Below are positions 26,232-40,165 of a stretch of DNA of 64,000 nucleotides, in pieces. Positions within the stretch are counted from its first letter, which is position 1, and every line of letters begins with the position of its first letter. Source of the DNA: Paragordius varius (taxonomy: Eukaryota; Animalia; Nematomorpha). The stretch spans positions 10,044,001-10,108,000 of the forward strand of contig OZ176050.1 in assembly GCA_964247055.1 (NCBI GenBank), in the 5' to 3' direction. A program made the position numbers and the translations under genes. The notes beneath the pieces were generated by a model that saw only the letters and a program-made list of their open reading frames with translations, did no database searches and had not been told where the DNA came from.

Positions 26232-28879
26232 CCATCACGCTTCCATATCATACTACATTAACAGAGCAAATAATAAATTTTAAATCTTATTCCAAGAATC
26301 TCATAGGGCTAGTTTTGATAAAATATGCTGTGTCAAGATAAATAACGTAAAAGCCATTATTTGCTTTAAAAATTTTGACCAAATCTTATTGAGGCGTATT
26401 TTTACGAACGGTTTAAAACACTTTCATCAGAATTCGATGATGCTAAACATTTCTTCCACTTGATTAAATGATTTGTTAGCCTTCAAATCAAGTTAAACAT
26501 AATCTATAAATTTGAAGCGCACTAATCCTTAATTAATTTAGGGATATAGAAATTTATCTATGATACATAAAAAATTAACCCATTTCTAAGTGGTCATATC
26601 CTTGAATTTGGCAAGGAGTTGCATGGAAGGGGAGGGATACGCCATCACAGATTCATGCACCGGGCGCCAGAAATGCAAGATACTCCTCTGGTCATAGCGA
26701 CGCGTAACCGGGTATAATTAAATATTTAATGCGTCTTTTGAATTGGATTTATGAAGGAGAAATTTACTAACTTTTCAAGAAATATTCGCTAACCTTTATC
26801 CTTTTTGGTGAAAATATTTTTTAAAGCTTTTGAGGTAATATTCAAAATGATTTAACATGTCTACCTGTTTAAAATAATCCATAATTTTATAATAATAATG
26901 ATTTTAGTATTATGTACAATTTTTATTGGTATTAATGTAAAAAGCTTATTTGGTCATTCATTATTTCCGACATGGCAAAAATGATTAAATTAATTTTTAC
27001 ATCCAACTAGTAGAATAAACTGTGAAATAACCAAAGATCAATGCTTTATGACCTAATAAAATAATTTAATATAGTGCTTTTTTGGTTTTTAATGTTACAA
27101 CTTACAGTTTATGAATATAAACAATATAGCTAGCTTTATGATTTAATTTAATAAATTTATCGTTTTCAAAGGGGTTACCTCTGCCTCTCTCCATTGTATA
27201 TGTAGTTATTTTTATATGAACCTTACGTTTATAATCTCATATTTGTCAAGCGACATAACTATACAATATATTATTTTGATGTATTAAAAATGTTTAATGG
27301 GATATTACATCCTACAAAATAGATATATGTAATCCACCATAGCCATATATTTTTACAAGAAATTTAAAATTGACATTTGCGTTATATTCTTGTCTAATAA
27401 TATTTCATTTTGATTTTTTTTAATATTTAGTTCAACTTGAATTTCAGAAAAATACGCTTTCTCTGCCATAAAAATCATAAGATTCTATGCGTTGCCAATC
27501 GATGGCAAAACATCTAAAAAAAATTTAATAACCGCGTAAAAATACTGACTTTTTTGAATCGTTAATTTATTAATAAATCATTTTGTTACGGGCTTTTATA
27601 AATTACAATTGCGGAATGATTTGGGTTCGACACTCGTCTTAAAGCTAGCATTTGATATTAGAATTATGGGCCATAAGCATTTTTTCTACAGTTGATTATA
27701 AAGATGGATCTTCAAGCATTATCTGCTTACCAATAAAATATTGACACATTTTAGCATGTATGCATATTTGTAAAATATTAAAAAAATAAATATTCTCTAA
27801 GTAAAGAAAATATGAATTAAATGTTGCCTAAAGCTTTTTCCTTTGGTGCCTCGCTTTACAAAGCCTTTTCAAAGTTAGTAAGGGTACCCATATTTATTTT
27901 TACGTAGGTATTTTTTATAATTGAAAGTTTTACTCGGCAATATTTGAGATTCATAGTGAATTTGTCATTCAAAAGAGGTATTAGGGGTACAAGACTCGAT
28001 TTTGTAACTATACCTATCATTAATATAAAATATTGTTGAAACCAAGTCATAAAAATGCATGAGTATATTCGAATTTAAGTTTATATTTCACCGTGTTTAC
28101 CCAAAGCTAACGGCATCACATTTTAAAAGATTTTTATATAAAAAGTGTATGACGGCCATTGATAATTTGTTAATGTGTGTGCACATGGTAATCTTTAATT
28201 TGTTGGGAAATATTAAAATAATATTTTAAATAAATAAAATTTTTGTTATAACATTTGGCTTAATGGCGACACCGGAATGAACCTAACAACAACGGACTGT
28301 ACTTATAATGATCCCGATAGTGGGTAAAAATACATGAGTTATTATCCGCATAAGATATTTTTTATAAAAATATATAAAATTAGTTTTTAAATAAAACCAA
28401 ATTAATATAAAATTTTAAGACTTTACAGATATTAAAAAAATAAATTATAATTTGATTGTTTTACATTTTTTGCTTACCCGCAAACTATATTGTTTTATAC
28501 GAGCGGTGTATTTTAAAAAGCTTAATTAGGGAAAGTCCATGTAGTTTGTTTATACAATCATTAAAGAATTGATTTGCTGTATTCTTCATAATATTTATGT
28601 TGATATTTTGAAAAAAAGTTGAAATATTTATTTACAGGTTATAACGTATCTTTGTAGCGGGTTTAAACGAATTCGAGTATATAACATTAAGGCTATTGAA
28701 CTTAACTAAAAAAATCTTAAAACAATGCTTAATCGATCATTAACCGATTAAAATATAAAAAAGAGAAAGTTTCACATTTACCTAAAAACCTTAAACAAAA
28801 ATTTTACCCAACTTTAAATCTAACACATCAAAGTAATATATACAAAATTTATTAACTATTGATATAGATTCATCAATTA

Positions 28880-31800
28880 TTACTTAGAATTAAGATTATT
28901 ATTATTGTTGATATATATAGGAGTAATTGTCGGTAGAGTTGAAAAATGTTCTTGATTTACAGGATATAATATATCTCCTGGTGATAGTTGTTTTATTTCA
29001 TTTTTATTGATATTATTATTATGATTTGAAATATTATTTAATCCATTGATCATAAGGTTAGTGGGATTATTACTATTAAAATTTGTGATATTAGGAATGA
29101 CTTTAATAATGTTGTTATTGACATTGACTTGATTTAAGTTTGGCGCAATTATATTTGTCGGATAAAGAGGTATAACAGTTGGTCTAATGGGTTGAGATAC
29201 TATTTTGGTCGCAATAGGACGGTTAACAAAAGATGTTCTGTTCGGATTATGATTAACTATATTATTTGGCACATTATAATTTACAAGTGGTATAATTTGT
29301 GGACGATTTTGGATGGGTAAAATGGTAGAATTTTGAGTCAATTGAGTATTAATGCGTGTAGTATCTATAAATATGGGTTATAAAGATTACAAGTTCTATA
29401 AATTTTGAGATAAGATATTTATTTAATGTCTTGTTAGTCAAATTAATACTATAGAAGCATCATTAAAGATTAAATATTCATCAAATTTTTTTGAGAAGTA
29501 TATAAAGAGCAGTTCTAATATTCTGATTATTTTTATTGTCATTTGTTAATGAAAGTAAAAGTCAATACAAACAATAATTTTAAAACATTAAATTATTAAA
29601 AAAAACAATTATATATAATCGATAATAAAATTAAAAAAGATACCGGCAGTTGTTACGTGGCTTTGCACAACATTACTCGTCATAAATTTAAGATTTTGCA
29701 ATGAATTTTTAGTTAACACCATCACCGATGATGATGGAATGCTAGACTGGAGATTATTGTGAGGAAATAAATTATTAAAGAAATTGGTATGTGATAAATT
29801 TTGAGGTATGAGATTTGATACGGGTTTCGTGGTAGTGTGTTGTTTCCCACTTTTAGTGTTATTATTACGATAATAACCGTCTTGAAAAAGATTGGCAGAT
29901 AGGAGGGATGTTGCGTCCATCGTTTTGTTCGTTTTAGGGGCACCGTGATCATTTAACTCAAGCGTTGAGGTAAGGAGATGATTAAATGCTGATTCTTTGT
30001 GAAAAGGAATAATAAAATAAAAATTAATTTTGTGTAAAAACAAAATCGACATAAAGTATCTTGCAGGAAAATTTTTTAAAACATTAATCAAAATTCATTT
30101 TCTATATTGAAATTACATTAACTATTAAATAGCTTGTTCCACCCAAATGCTACCAACACATATTCTATGAGGTAAAAAAACAAAACCCATTTATTTACAA
30201 TGACACTTTTAGTTTTTTATTGTGCTGAGATAAAAATATATACCCTTGGTAAATTGGCCTTCTCTACTTTTGACAAGGTTAGTAATGTTGGTGGTCTTTG
30301 TTTCTCCTGTTTTAGATTGCACATTATGTAAAGGGAGAGTGGGATAAGAGCTCCGTTTCTTATTTGTACCCGATTCTCTTGTATGTTTGCGAATATGTTT
30401 CCGTCGTGGTTTATAACCTTCAAAATCATATTCGAATTCACTGTCAAAACTTTCATTCTGATCATAATAATTATTGTCATTATCAGAGCCACCACCATCA
30501 TCATTTTTATGCGGAGAGCCACTATTCACGTAACGTTGAGATCTACGTACTTCTCCATTCTGTAATGCATTATTATGATTAGGTTCAGTTCCCCCATCGT
30601 CATCAGAAACAATACCTGAAGTTGTATATCTTTGAGGTCTTTTACGGGCCCTGGCTGAACGCTGGAGAAATAAGATGTTTGAGGAACTATCATTATTCCA
30701 CCACTTTGAATCAGTGCTTTTCTTTGACGCATTTAAGTCATTATATTGGGATGATGATGTATTTAACAGCTTATTTTGGTTATTTTGAGCGTCTGATGAA
30801 TTTAATTCAAGCTTTTTGTCATCTAATGATTGTGTGATGGTATTGTGAATTAACGCACCAATTTGAGATTGGCTTAAAGTATCAGTATTGTTAGATGATA
30901 TAATGGGGGACAACGTTTCGGTAGTGTTTGTATAAGGTGCTGTTGATAAGGAAGCATCCATAATACTTTGCACCTGATAAGGGTTATGATTTGGACTTTT
31001 GGTTATAGAAACATTGTTGTTGGATTCACTAAGAAAAGAAACCAAAATACATTTGAAATGGAAAAATGATTTAACTTTAAAAAGTCAAACAAAAATGGTT
31101 TTGAATTTCATTACAAACTAATTATGATGTTAAAACTAATAGTATATCAAGTAAATATAATTACATGGCTTCTGATGGGCGCGGCTCATCGATTTCATGA
31201 GATGGATCTCTTTTAACAGTTTTGTGAGACGATGCTATGTTGAATAATAGAATAAATTCAAAACGATAAAATAATAATTTAAATATATTAATTCCTAACA
31301 AAAAAATAAATAAAATATTTAGGAATGTTGCTTTGCTATTATTCTGTACAAACATTTTGTGATTATACCATACATTGGATAAACAAAAAAACAAGACTAG
31401 GCTATATAGATATATCTATATAACTTATCTAATTTTACTTACCGATCCTGAATAAAAGTTCTATGGTGCTTTTACCTTCTCAAATGTGATTTGATATGTA
31501 TCGATTGTTACATATTTTCTATCTATTTATAATGACCGTTTCAAAAACTTTGAAATGTTCGAATAATCACATTTTTATAGATCTAGAGAAAGTTTTTGAT
31601 ACCATACCCAGACATTTTATTAAATCAATTAAGATATCAAAAAATAGAAGAAGCTGCGTTAAAACACCATTGATTATATAACCAAGTCTATTCACACGAT
31701 TCAAAAAGCTTATCCAATGGTACTGCTGTTCATAAAAACGGATTTATAAAGCAATGTATCAAAAACAAAAGTAATGATTGGAGATAAAAACATAACTCAC

Positions 31801-34800
31801 CGAGGTAAAAATGCCATTTTATGCAAATCTTGGCTCCACAAAAAGTGCCCAAACTTCAAAAGATAATCAATTGATAGCAATAATATTATATGCCAAAGCT
31901 GCACATTTAAAAAATCAAACATAACTTAAGAAAGTTGACTTACATACGCCAGGGACACTCGGGTTATCACAAAAACACTGAAATAATGACTTCAAACAAA
32001 CGAAAACACAATGCTAAAATATATGGGGCTTAACCCTACCCTAAGTAAATTAAAACCAATAACATCTTTAATCAGTTAATTTATTTATTTCTTAATATAG
32101 CGCCGACGTATTGGGAGTTTGATGTATGAATGATTGACCCTACTTTGGCCACAAAAACAGATTTAGTAAAGACTCATCTGCTAAAGTTCACGATATGAAT
32201 TCCTGTTTCAAGCGAAAAGGTAGGCCTAAAACAACTATTAAGGCAGTTTAATCATTGTGATACACATTAATGCCCATTATATATGGGAACTAAAAACAAT
32301 TGCAATGGACATACAACTTTCTATTTGTATTAAAAAACATAGAGTTACCAGACAATTTTATTGAAGTCAAATAAATCCGAGTAAATATAATGAAAAATAT
32401 TTTGATATAATCCAATACCTAAAACCTATTCAGATCTAAAACAAAAATGCCCAAATTTATAAACATACTAGTATGATCCTTAATTGCTTTGTCAATCATT
32501 TGATCAAATGCATCGAATTGATAATCGATCGGTTTACGAGTCCTTTGTACCCGTGGTGGATTGTGAAACAAATTATCAATGTTAGTTTGTTGGTTATTAA
32601 AAATTTTGGATCCCATATCAAACAATTCTTCGAACGTTGGTTTACGCTTGATTAATAATTAACATATAAAATAGAAAACTAATGTTATATAAAATATGGT
32701 TTACAGCTAGAGAATTGATTTTCCATTTTTATAAAAAAAACCGCTTTGCACTTCCCATTTCAAAAATTATTTTGAGAAAATATTTGTACTATTTGTTGAA
32801 CTTACATGTAATCTACCATTTAAATGCGAATAAACATACAAAAAGCAAAATTATAATGGCCATTTTTATCTTAAACTTTAAGTTTTAAACCAGGTTAAAA
32901 TTGTATTAAAAATCTTAAAAAGATAATAGAAAAAAAGGGTTTTAAATTGAAAATCCTAATAAAAATTTTTTTAGCTCTCAAAATAGGTAATAGTTTTGGT
33001 TCTAATATCCCTGATAATTTTATCAAAAAGCGTAAAAAGCTTATATAATTATAAAATACATCATCCAAAATATTGGTGAGTTGTATTCCGGCAGATCGCA
33101 GCCTTTCTTGTTTTCGGGCGTTAGCTTTCCGTTTTTCTTCAACGACTGTTAAAATATCCAATTTCTCTTTAAGGGACTTTATAAGAGCTTCCTACAATAT
33201 AATTAAAGAAATAAAATTAATTTCACGCTTATAATAAATTAAAGGGAATGTTATAAAAGTATATATAAATTTTAATTTTTTCTTACATGGGGACATATTA
33301 GTGAAATATAACCAGCACACGACTTAGACATATAAATAAAAAGGTATTGTCTTATGATTACATTCTTATAAAATAATTCAATTTGATAGTAACTTAATAA
33401 ATGTTGTTAATATATTCCTTTATTACACTGTGCGCAAAAAAGGGGGTTAAAAATAAACGAACATGAGTTTTATCTAGAATAATAAGAAATCCCTTGGAAA
33501 ATGAGACCCCAAATATTTAGGGGCAAAAATGCGCTCGAAAATGGAAATCTTCCATTTTTGACTAGAAATAGATTTTTGTCCATATTTTTTAAACTTATTG
33601 AGCAAACACGATAAAACTTTTATATAATATATAAAATATATTCTTAAGAAATTATTTTAGAGTATCAAATTTTTTAATTCCACAAAATAAAAATTCGTAA
33701 ATTTTACGACATTGGCGAAATATGTTAAAAAAATTATTTGCAAAAACTTCATATTGTTATTATTATTTAAGTTCTTGACTTATATTAAACATACCAAAGA
33801 GTTGGTATGCCTAATAAAGGCTATGTATCTTTTTAAGTCCCTCAAAAATTTGTATTTTTTGGAATATTTTCGTTATTTTAATTTTATTTTCCTCACATGC
33901 TTTTCTCATTGTTTCATAATAACATAAAGCCGCAATTTTCAAATGCGACAAAAAAACCAGCAAAATTCCAAAATTATAAAATTTCCCTTTACATTACTTT
34001 GGAAAAATATTTATATACTATATAATCTATAGATAATAAATTTAATTAAACTTTTGATATGCAGAAGGCAGCATCGGAAATATAAATAGCTTTTTTTGCA
34101 ATCAAATAGTTACCTGCTATATAGCTTATTGAGAAAATTCTATTTGTAAAGAATAATATTAATGGCAAATGAAGTTTCGCGTATATTTTCTTCATATAAT
34201 TTTAGTTACAAAATAGAATTTTCCTTGCACCAAAATTATTCTGACATTTGTAAATAATCTACTTCCAGAAACTCTATTGCTCAAATTATAATCAAACAAT
34301 TATAACAATTATATATTGAAAAACTGATAATAAATGGATTTATTTTTATTCGATAGAATTTTTAGCATTCTTTTACAATAAGAATATTTAATTAGGTTTC
34401 TACAAAATTTTAAAATAAAAATGTTCCGGTCTTATCAAGATAGTGTCAAATACAAAGTTCGCTTGCAAAAATTGCTCCTGCAACATCTCTTCAAACACTC
34501 CCAACCATTCGATATACAATGAATCTGATTATGTTGTTTGATTCAAATATCTAGGTCACATCATTACTGCCAACGGTGGCGTAACTGAGGCTATCAAAGA
34601 TAGTATAATCACACAAACATGGAAAAGCTACCATGCATTCAAACATACTATAAATAATAAATATATTAAGCTAGAAACCAAAGGACAACTCTACTGTACA
34701 GTAATAAGACCGGTGTGTTGACATACGCCTCAGAGTGCTGGCCAATGATGGCATGTAAAATATTAAATACAATCATATTTGCTCATAATCTTATACTATA

Positions 34801-37800
34801 TAATTATAATATTACATTTGACCCTTACGTTATATTAAATATCCCAAACATCGAACAAAGTTTAAAGATAAACCGCTTAGGATATGCGGGCCACATCCAC
34901 CTGCGTCCACAGGAACACCCCTTACAATACATGCTTGACCGCCAAAAAATTATAGGGGCCGACCCTTTGAAGATTGGTCAAAAACGATAAATGTAGATAT
35001 GATGATTTGCAACTTAAACATTAATGATGCGCTGCACTTCTTAAAGAAAAAAATACGACAAGCTTCAAATCTGAAGATAGTCTAACTCAACAACAACACT
35101 TCAATACATATAAGAATTTCAACTTTTTTATACACAATGAATACATTATTCAGACGTAAAATAAATACAATAGTATTCACCAATCATATGGATACTATTG
35201 AAACTATTATAGTTTTTTTCTATTTGTTTGAGCGTTTGATGGAACCCTTCTCCATCCTGGTCTATAGCCCTCCACCGGGGGAATTTATCAAGATGTTTAT
35301 CCACAAGATGTAGTTTTATGGACATATTAACACCGAAAAATAAACAAATAACATTAAATGTTCAAGGAAAGTTTTTAAAAATCAAATATTTGCCTAGGAC
35401 TTTAAAGGAGTCCGCTACTTCTGCTCCTAGAGAGACATAATCTATGGATTTAAATTTCCCAAAGATTCTCTGCTGAAAGTTTTAAATGCATTAAAGCTCT
35501 TTTTTCAACAGGATTCATTATGTTGTAAAAGGCGTCCGATTCAAATAAACTTTCTATTTGAGGTCCAGTTAAATATCCTGCCGACAATTTGATTGGATTG
35601 ATTTTAAATATATTTAAATAAAATAAATATGCTGGTCCTTCCTTATTCATATTAATTATAAAGGTTCGGTCTAGACCTAATTTTATATGCAAGGGAGGAA
35701 TAATCAGGTTCTCCATATGCAGCGGTTTGAAAGGCGGGTACCCTACGTACGCCTGTCTTTTTTGCCTCTTTAAATCCAGAGATAAAGGAAACCATTATAA
35801 TCCACACTATTTATACCATCCTGGAACGGATGATGTCATAGCTCTTTAACATTTAATGTTATTTATTTATTTTTAGGTGCTAATATATCCATAAAACTGC
35901 ATCTTGTGGATAAACATCTTGATAAATTCCCACGGTGGAGGGCTACAGACCAGGATGGAGAACGGTTCCATCAAACACTCAAACATATAGAAAAAAACTA
36001 TAATAGTTCCAATAGTATTCATATGATTGGTGAATACTATTGGAATCATTTTATGTCTGAATAATGTATTTATTGTGTATAAAATTGAAATTCTTATACG
36101 AATTTGAAGTGGTGTTGTTGGGTTAGACTATCTTCAGATTTGAAGCTTGTCGTATTTTTTTCTACAAGGATTGCGATCGAGCGCATCATTAATGTTTAAG
36201 TTCGACAATGTCATAAAAATTACGAATTTCTATTTTTGTGGAATTAAAAAAATTTGATACTTTAAAATATTTTATGTACTTTTCTTAAGAATATATTAGG
36301 TTTTATATGATATATAAAAGTTTTATCGTGTTTTCTCAATAAGTTTAGGGGCGCATTTTTGCCCCTAAATTGATATTTTCCAAGATATTTCTTATTATTC
36401 TAAATAAAACTCATGTTCGTTTATTTTTTTATGCGCACTGTGTTAGTATATAAAATGTACATTTTCGATATCATGTAAGAATCAAATAGTAATTACAAAG
36501 TTACACATTATAATCTTTTTTATATGTATGGCTACAAATTTATAACATACATGATCACACACAGGGCATTGCCAATCAAAATTATCTTCCGTGAAAATGT
36601 ATCGATGTGCTGGTAATGGTAAACACTGGGGATGCCAATATAAGAAACAAGTTCCACACCTCTGAAGCTAGATATTTTATCAAATATGGTAATGAATGGT
36701 ATTTCCTTTAAAAAAATTTAAAGTTTTCCAAAAATATATTACCGTTTTTGGTTTATTTTTGTCACAACTTCGACACTTTTTGGGAAATTTGAATTCTTTG
36801 TTGGGAATTTTATCTATATAAAATAAAATATAGTTCATATATTAAAAAGAAGTATATATGAATAAATAATTTAGGATACAAAGAACACTTAATGTTTAGC
36901 CACTTACACCTCAAATTCACTCTTGAAAACTTAAAATTAACCTTAGACAATTTAATTTCACCCTAATTCAAATGCACCTCTGAACGTTTCAAATTCATAA
37001 ATTGTGTTTTTAGGCTAATTTAACTCAACATTAATATAAAAGAAGTCTTTATGGCATAATCTATTATTTTTTCTGAATGATATTAAGTTTTATAGGTAAT
37101 TTTTGATATTCAAAAACAATTTATTTTAGGATGAATTTAAAATGTTCAAGGGGGAATTCAATTGTTTAGGGGTAAATTAGAAGTGTTGTAATGGTATATA
37201 AATAACTCTCCATGGACATACCTTGTGTCTTAGCCATCTTATTTGGAGAAGTTAAACTTTTTTGTGGCTTTATGGCTTCCTTGCTTTTAACTTTGGTTGA
37301 ACTACGTAGTTGTCGTTTAGGAATTGCAAACATGTCAAAATTATCATAAAAATTATCATCTTTATTATTTGCATTTTCGAGATTATCATTTGTTACGGTA
37401 AGACAGGTCATATTGTCTGGATTTTCTAATATTGGTTGTTCTTTTAACAAACTAGTATTTTGGTTTTCATTAATTTCAGAATTGAGATTTAAATTATTAT
37501 TATTATCTACATCTTTTACATTTTCATTGACGCCCTCTGGAACATGTGAGTCAGGAGAAATAATATCTTCTGCCGTATCATTTTCTTTTAATGTTAAATA
37601 CTCATTTTCTGATTCTAAAGTGCCGTTTGAATGAGCGTTTATATTTGGTTCTATTGTCATATCATCTAAAAAAATATTAATTGTTATAATAATTTTCCAG
37701 TCAAAAGAATCAAATCAAATATCTTAATAAATAGTATCCCCCTGTAATCAACCTCTATTCACATTCATTTTAATATTACCAAAAAATTCAATAAAGGAAG

Positions 37801-40129
37801 TATTAAGTGTTCTCTATAATAGTATTATAACACAAAATATCACCGTATTTTCAAGTTAATTTTAAAAAATTGAAATGTGTAAAGTCATGTATTATTGTTA
37901 TATTGTAAAAAAATAGTCTTTAAACTATGTGTATCATTGTGGTTTTAATTAGAGGTGAAACTTTTAGATTGTTAACAATTTAAAAAAAATAAAATTAAAA
38001 ATATCATAATTTAACGCTAAAAAGGCATATGAAAAAAAACAGGATGAACCGGCCAATTATGATATTAATATAAAATAATTATTAACAACGATAAAAAAAT
38101 ATATTGTTTTCTAATGTTTTAGGATCAAATTATTATATATTTCGTTCATAATTAGATAAAATATAAAAAAAAATTCTTAGAGATAAAATTATTAGTATAT
38201 TGGTAATTTACAGTTTTTGCCGACAATAAACTTATGGTTATCAACTAATTTCTACTAAAAATATAAACATGGTTTTTCAAGCTTTCTATGACTAAACATT
38301 ATCACGAAAAAAACCAATGAATATTTAAATATAAAAATGATTAGTACATGTTTAAAAAATATGTTAAATTTCCAAGTAGATACAACAATAAGGATTCAGA
38401 AAGGATAGTATATGGTTTATTTGTTAAATATTTTTTTAACCATGTGCCAATCATATTTTTTTTCATTTGGATATTCATTTATTTTTCGTGATAATCATTT
38501 ATTAATCTCTCTGTGTAATCTATTTAATTCTTTTAATTACCTTTGGTTTGGGGCTCATTATCATTTTCGATAACCTGTGGTTGTTGTTGAGGCGAAGAAC
38601 CAACATTGTTAGAAATAGTTGATTGATCCGAAGTATAAAATCGTTTTATAGTTTCGTGTAAATCGTCTATAACCGTTCGGAAACAATCAATTTCACTAAT
38701 ACAATAAAAAAATATACAATTAAATTTAAAATAGGAAAGGAGATGTTTCCTATAATAATTTATACTACATATTATATCTCTATATATATAGAATTTTACT
38801 ATTTAATAATTAAATTTGTAGTATTTTTTTGAATCACACCTTATAATTAGAGCCATTAAAATATTATATTATAAAAATTAATTGTTAGAACTGACTGTTT
38901 TCCAACATTGATAGAACAAAAAAATGAATATAAATAATAATTGCCAATAATGGGAAATGATATGTGGCAAAGAAAAAGCAGAGTGCCCATGTATTTAAAT
39001 ATTTTCCAAATAAGTTTTTTGTTTAGTAAATAAATGTTAAATAAACATGTAACATTAAAGTCCGATTATACGTTTATAACACCGTATGTAAACTTTTATT
39101 AGCTGAAAAACCATTTATTCTTTTTATCAATATATATTCATATAATTTAAACCAAAGTTGTAAATTAAAATTTTGTACTATCACGGGGTATTAGCATAAA
39201 TATTTTATTTTCGACTTAATATTATTAAAGTAAATTGTTATAATTATAAATATTTCAGTAACTTTTTATTAACACGGTGTTAAAAACCATACTGGATACT
39301 GTTTATAAAAAAATTAATTTATTTGTGGGCTGGTTATGGTATTTAATATACAGTAAAAATTGAAATTATACGGACAAACGCAAACCTTTATAGGCAAATT
39401 GTTTTTTCTGAGGACAACCATACTTTTTGAAACCCTAAATTATCCTAAAAAATCATTATATTACAATCGTATAAATAAAAATATATTGTGTTACCAATCA
39501 TCTCTATTTTATACTTTGCAATTTAAAACAATCATATTAATTTAAAATAATCTAGATTTAAAACGTATGATTGTCTTTTAAAAAAAATGTTTGTCTTTTA
39601 TATTTTTACGTATTATCCATATAATTTCAGCTTTTACTGAACCTTTTATTGATAACTCAACTTTTTCATCAAACTCAATGCTAATTATGTAATCCTTAAA
39701 TAACTCTAAAGCATTTAAGTGTTTAACGAGCAGATCACTAAATTTTAGAGTTTTTCAATAATTTATACATAAAAATTTTTGTTCAAAAAAGCGTTATTTA
39801 TTACAAAGCCCTATATAGAAAATTTAAAATAAAATTTTAACTAAAATTTGTCAAATGGAAAAACTAAAAAACATATCGTATGAGGGACTAAATGCCTTAT
39901 TAAAAGAGTGTTTAGTTAATAGAAAATTATGTTAAGTTTGAATGAAATAGCGTTGTTTGTTTGGAGAAATGTTGTTTGATTTAAAAAGTGGTGGGTATTT
40001 GGTTTAAAAGTGTTGAATTTGTATGAGAAGAGCTATAAATAGGGTTGTGCTGACAAGATCAAATACCTTTGGTCATAACCCCTTGTTATTTATTTTTTCA
40101 TTTTAAATGTATACAATTTAAATGAAAAC

Positions 40130-40165
<36 letters not shown>

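Noticed and set aside
26620-26695. GC-rich 70-bp segment with a weak terminal inverted match (AGGAGT..ACTCCT)
   Set aside because: TIR too short, and no TSD or second copy in the window.
28255-28325. Exon-like GC-richer stretch (NGDTGMNLTTTDCTYNDPDS followed by GT)
   Set aside because: Isolated, with no acceptor or partner exons and no homology recognised.
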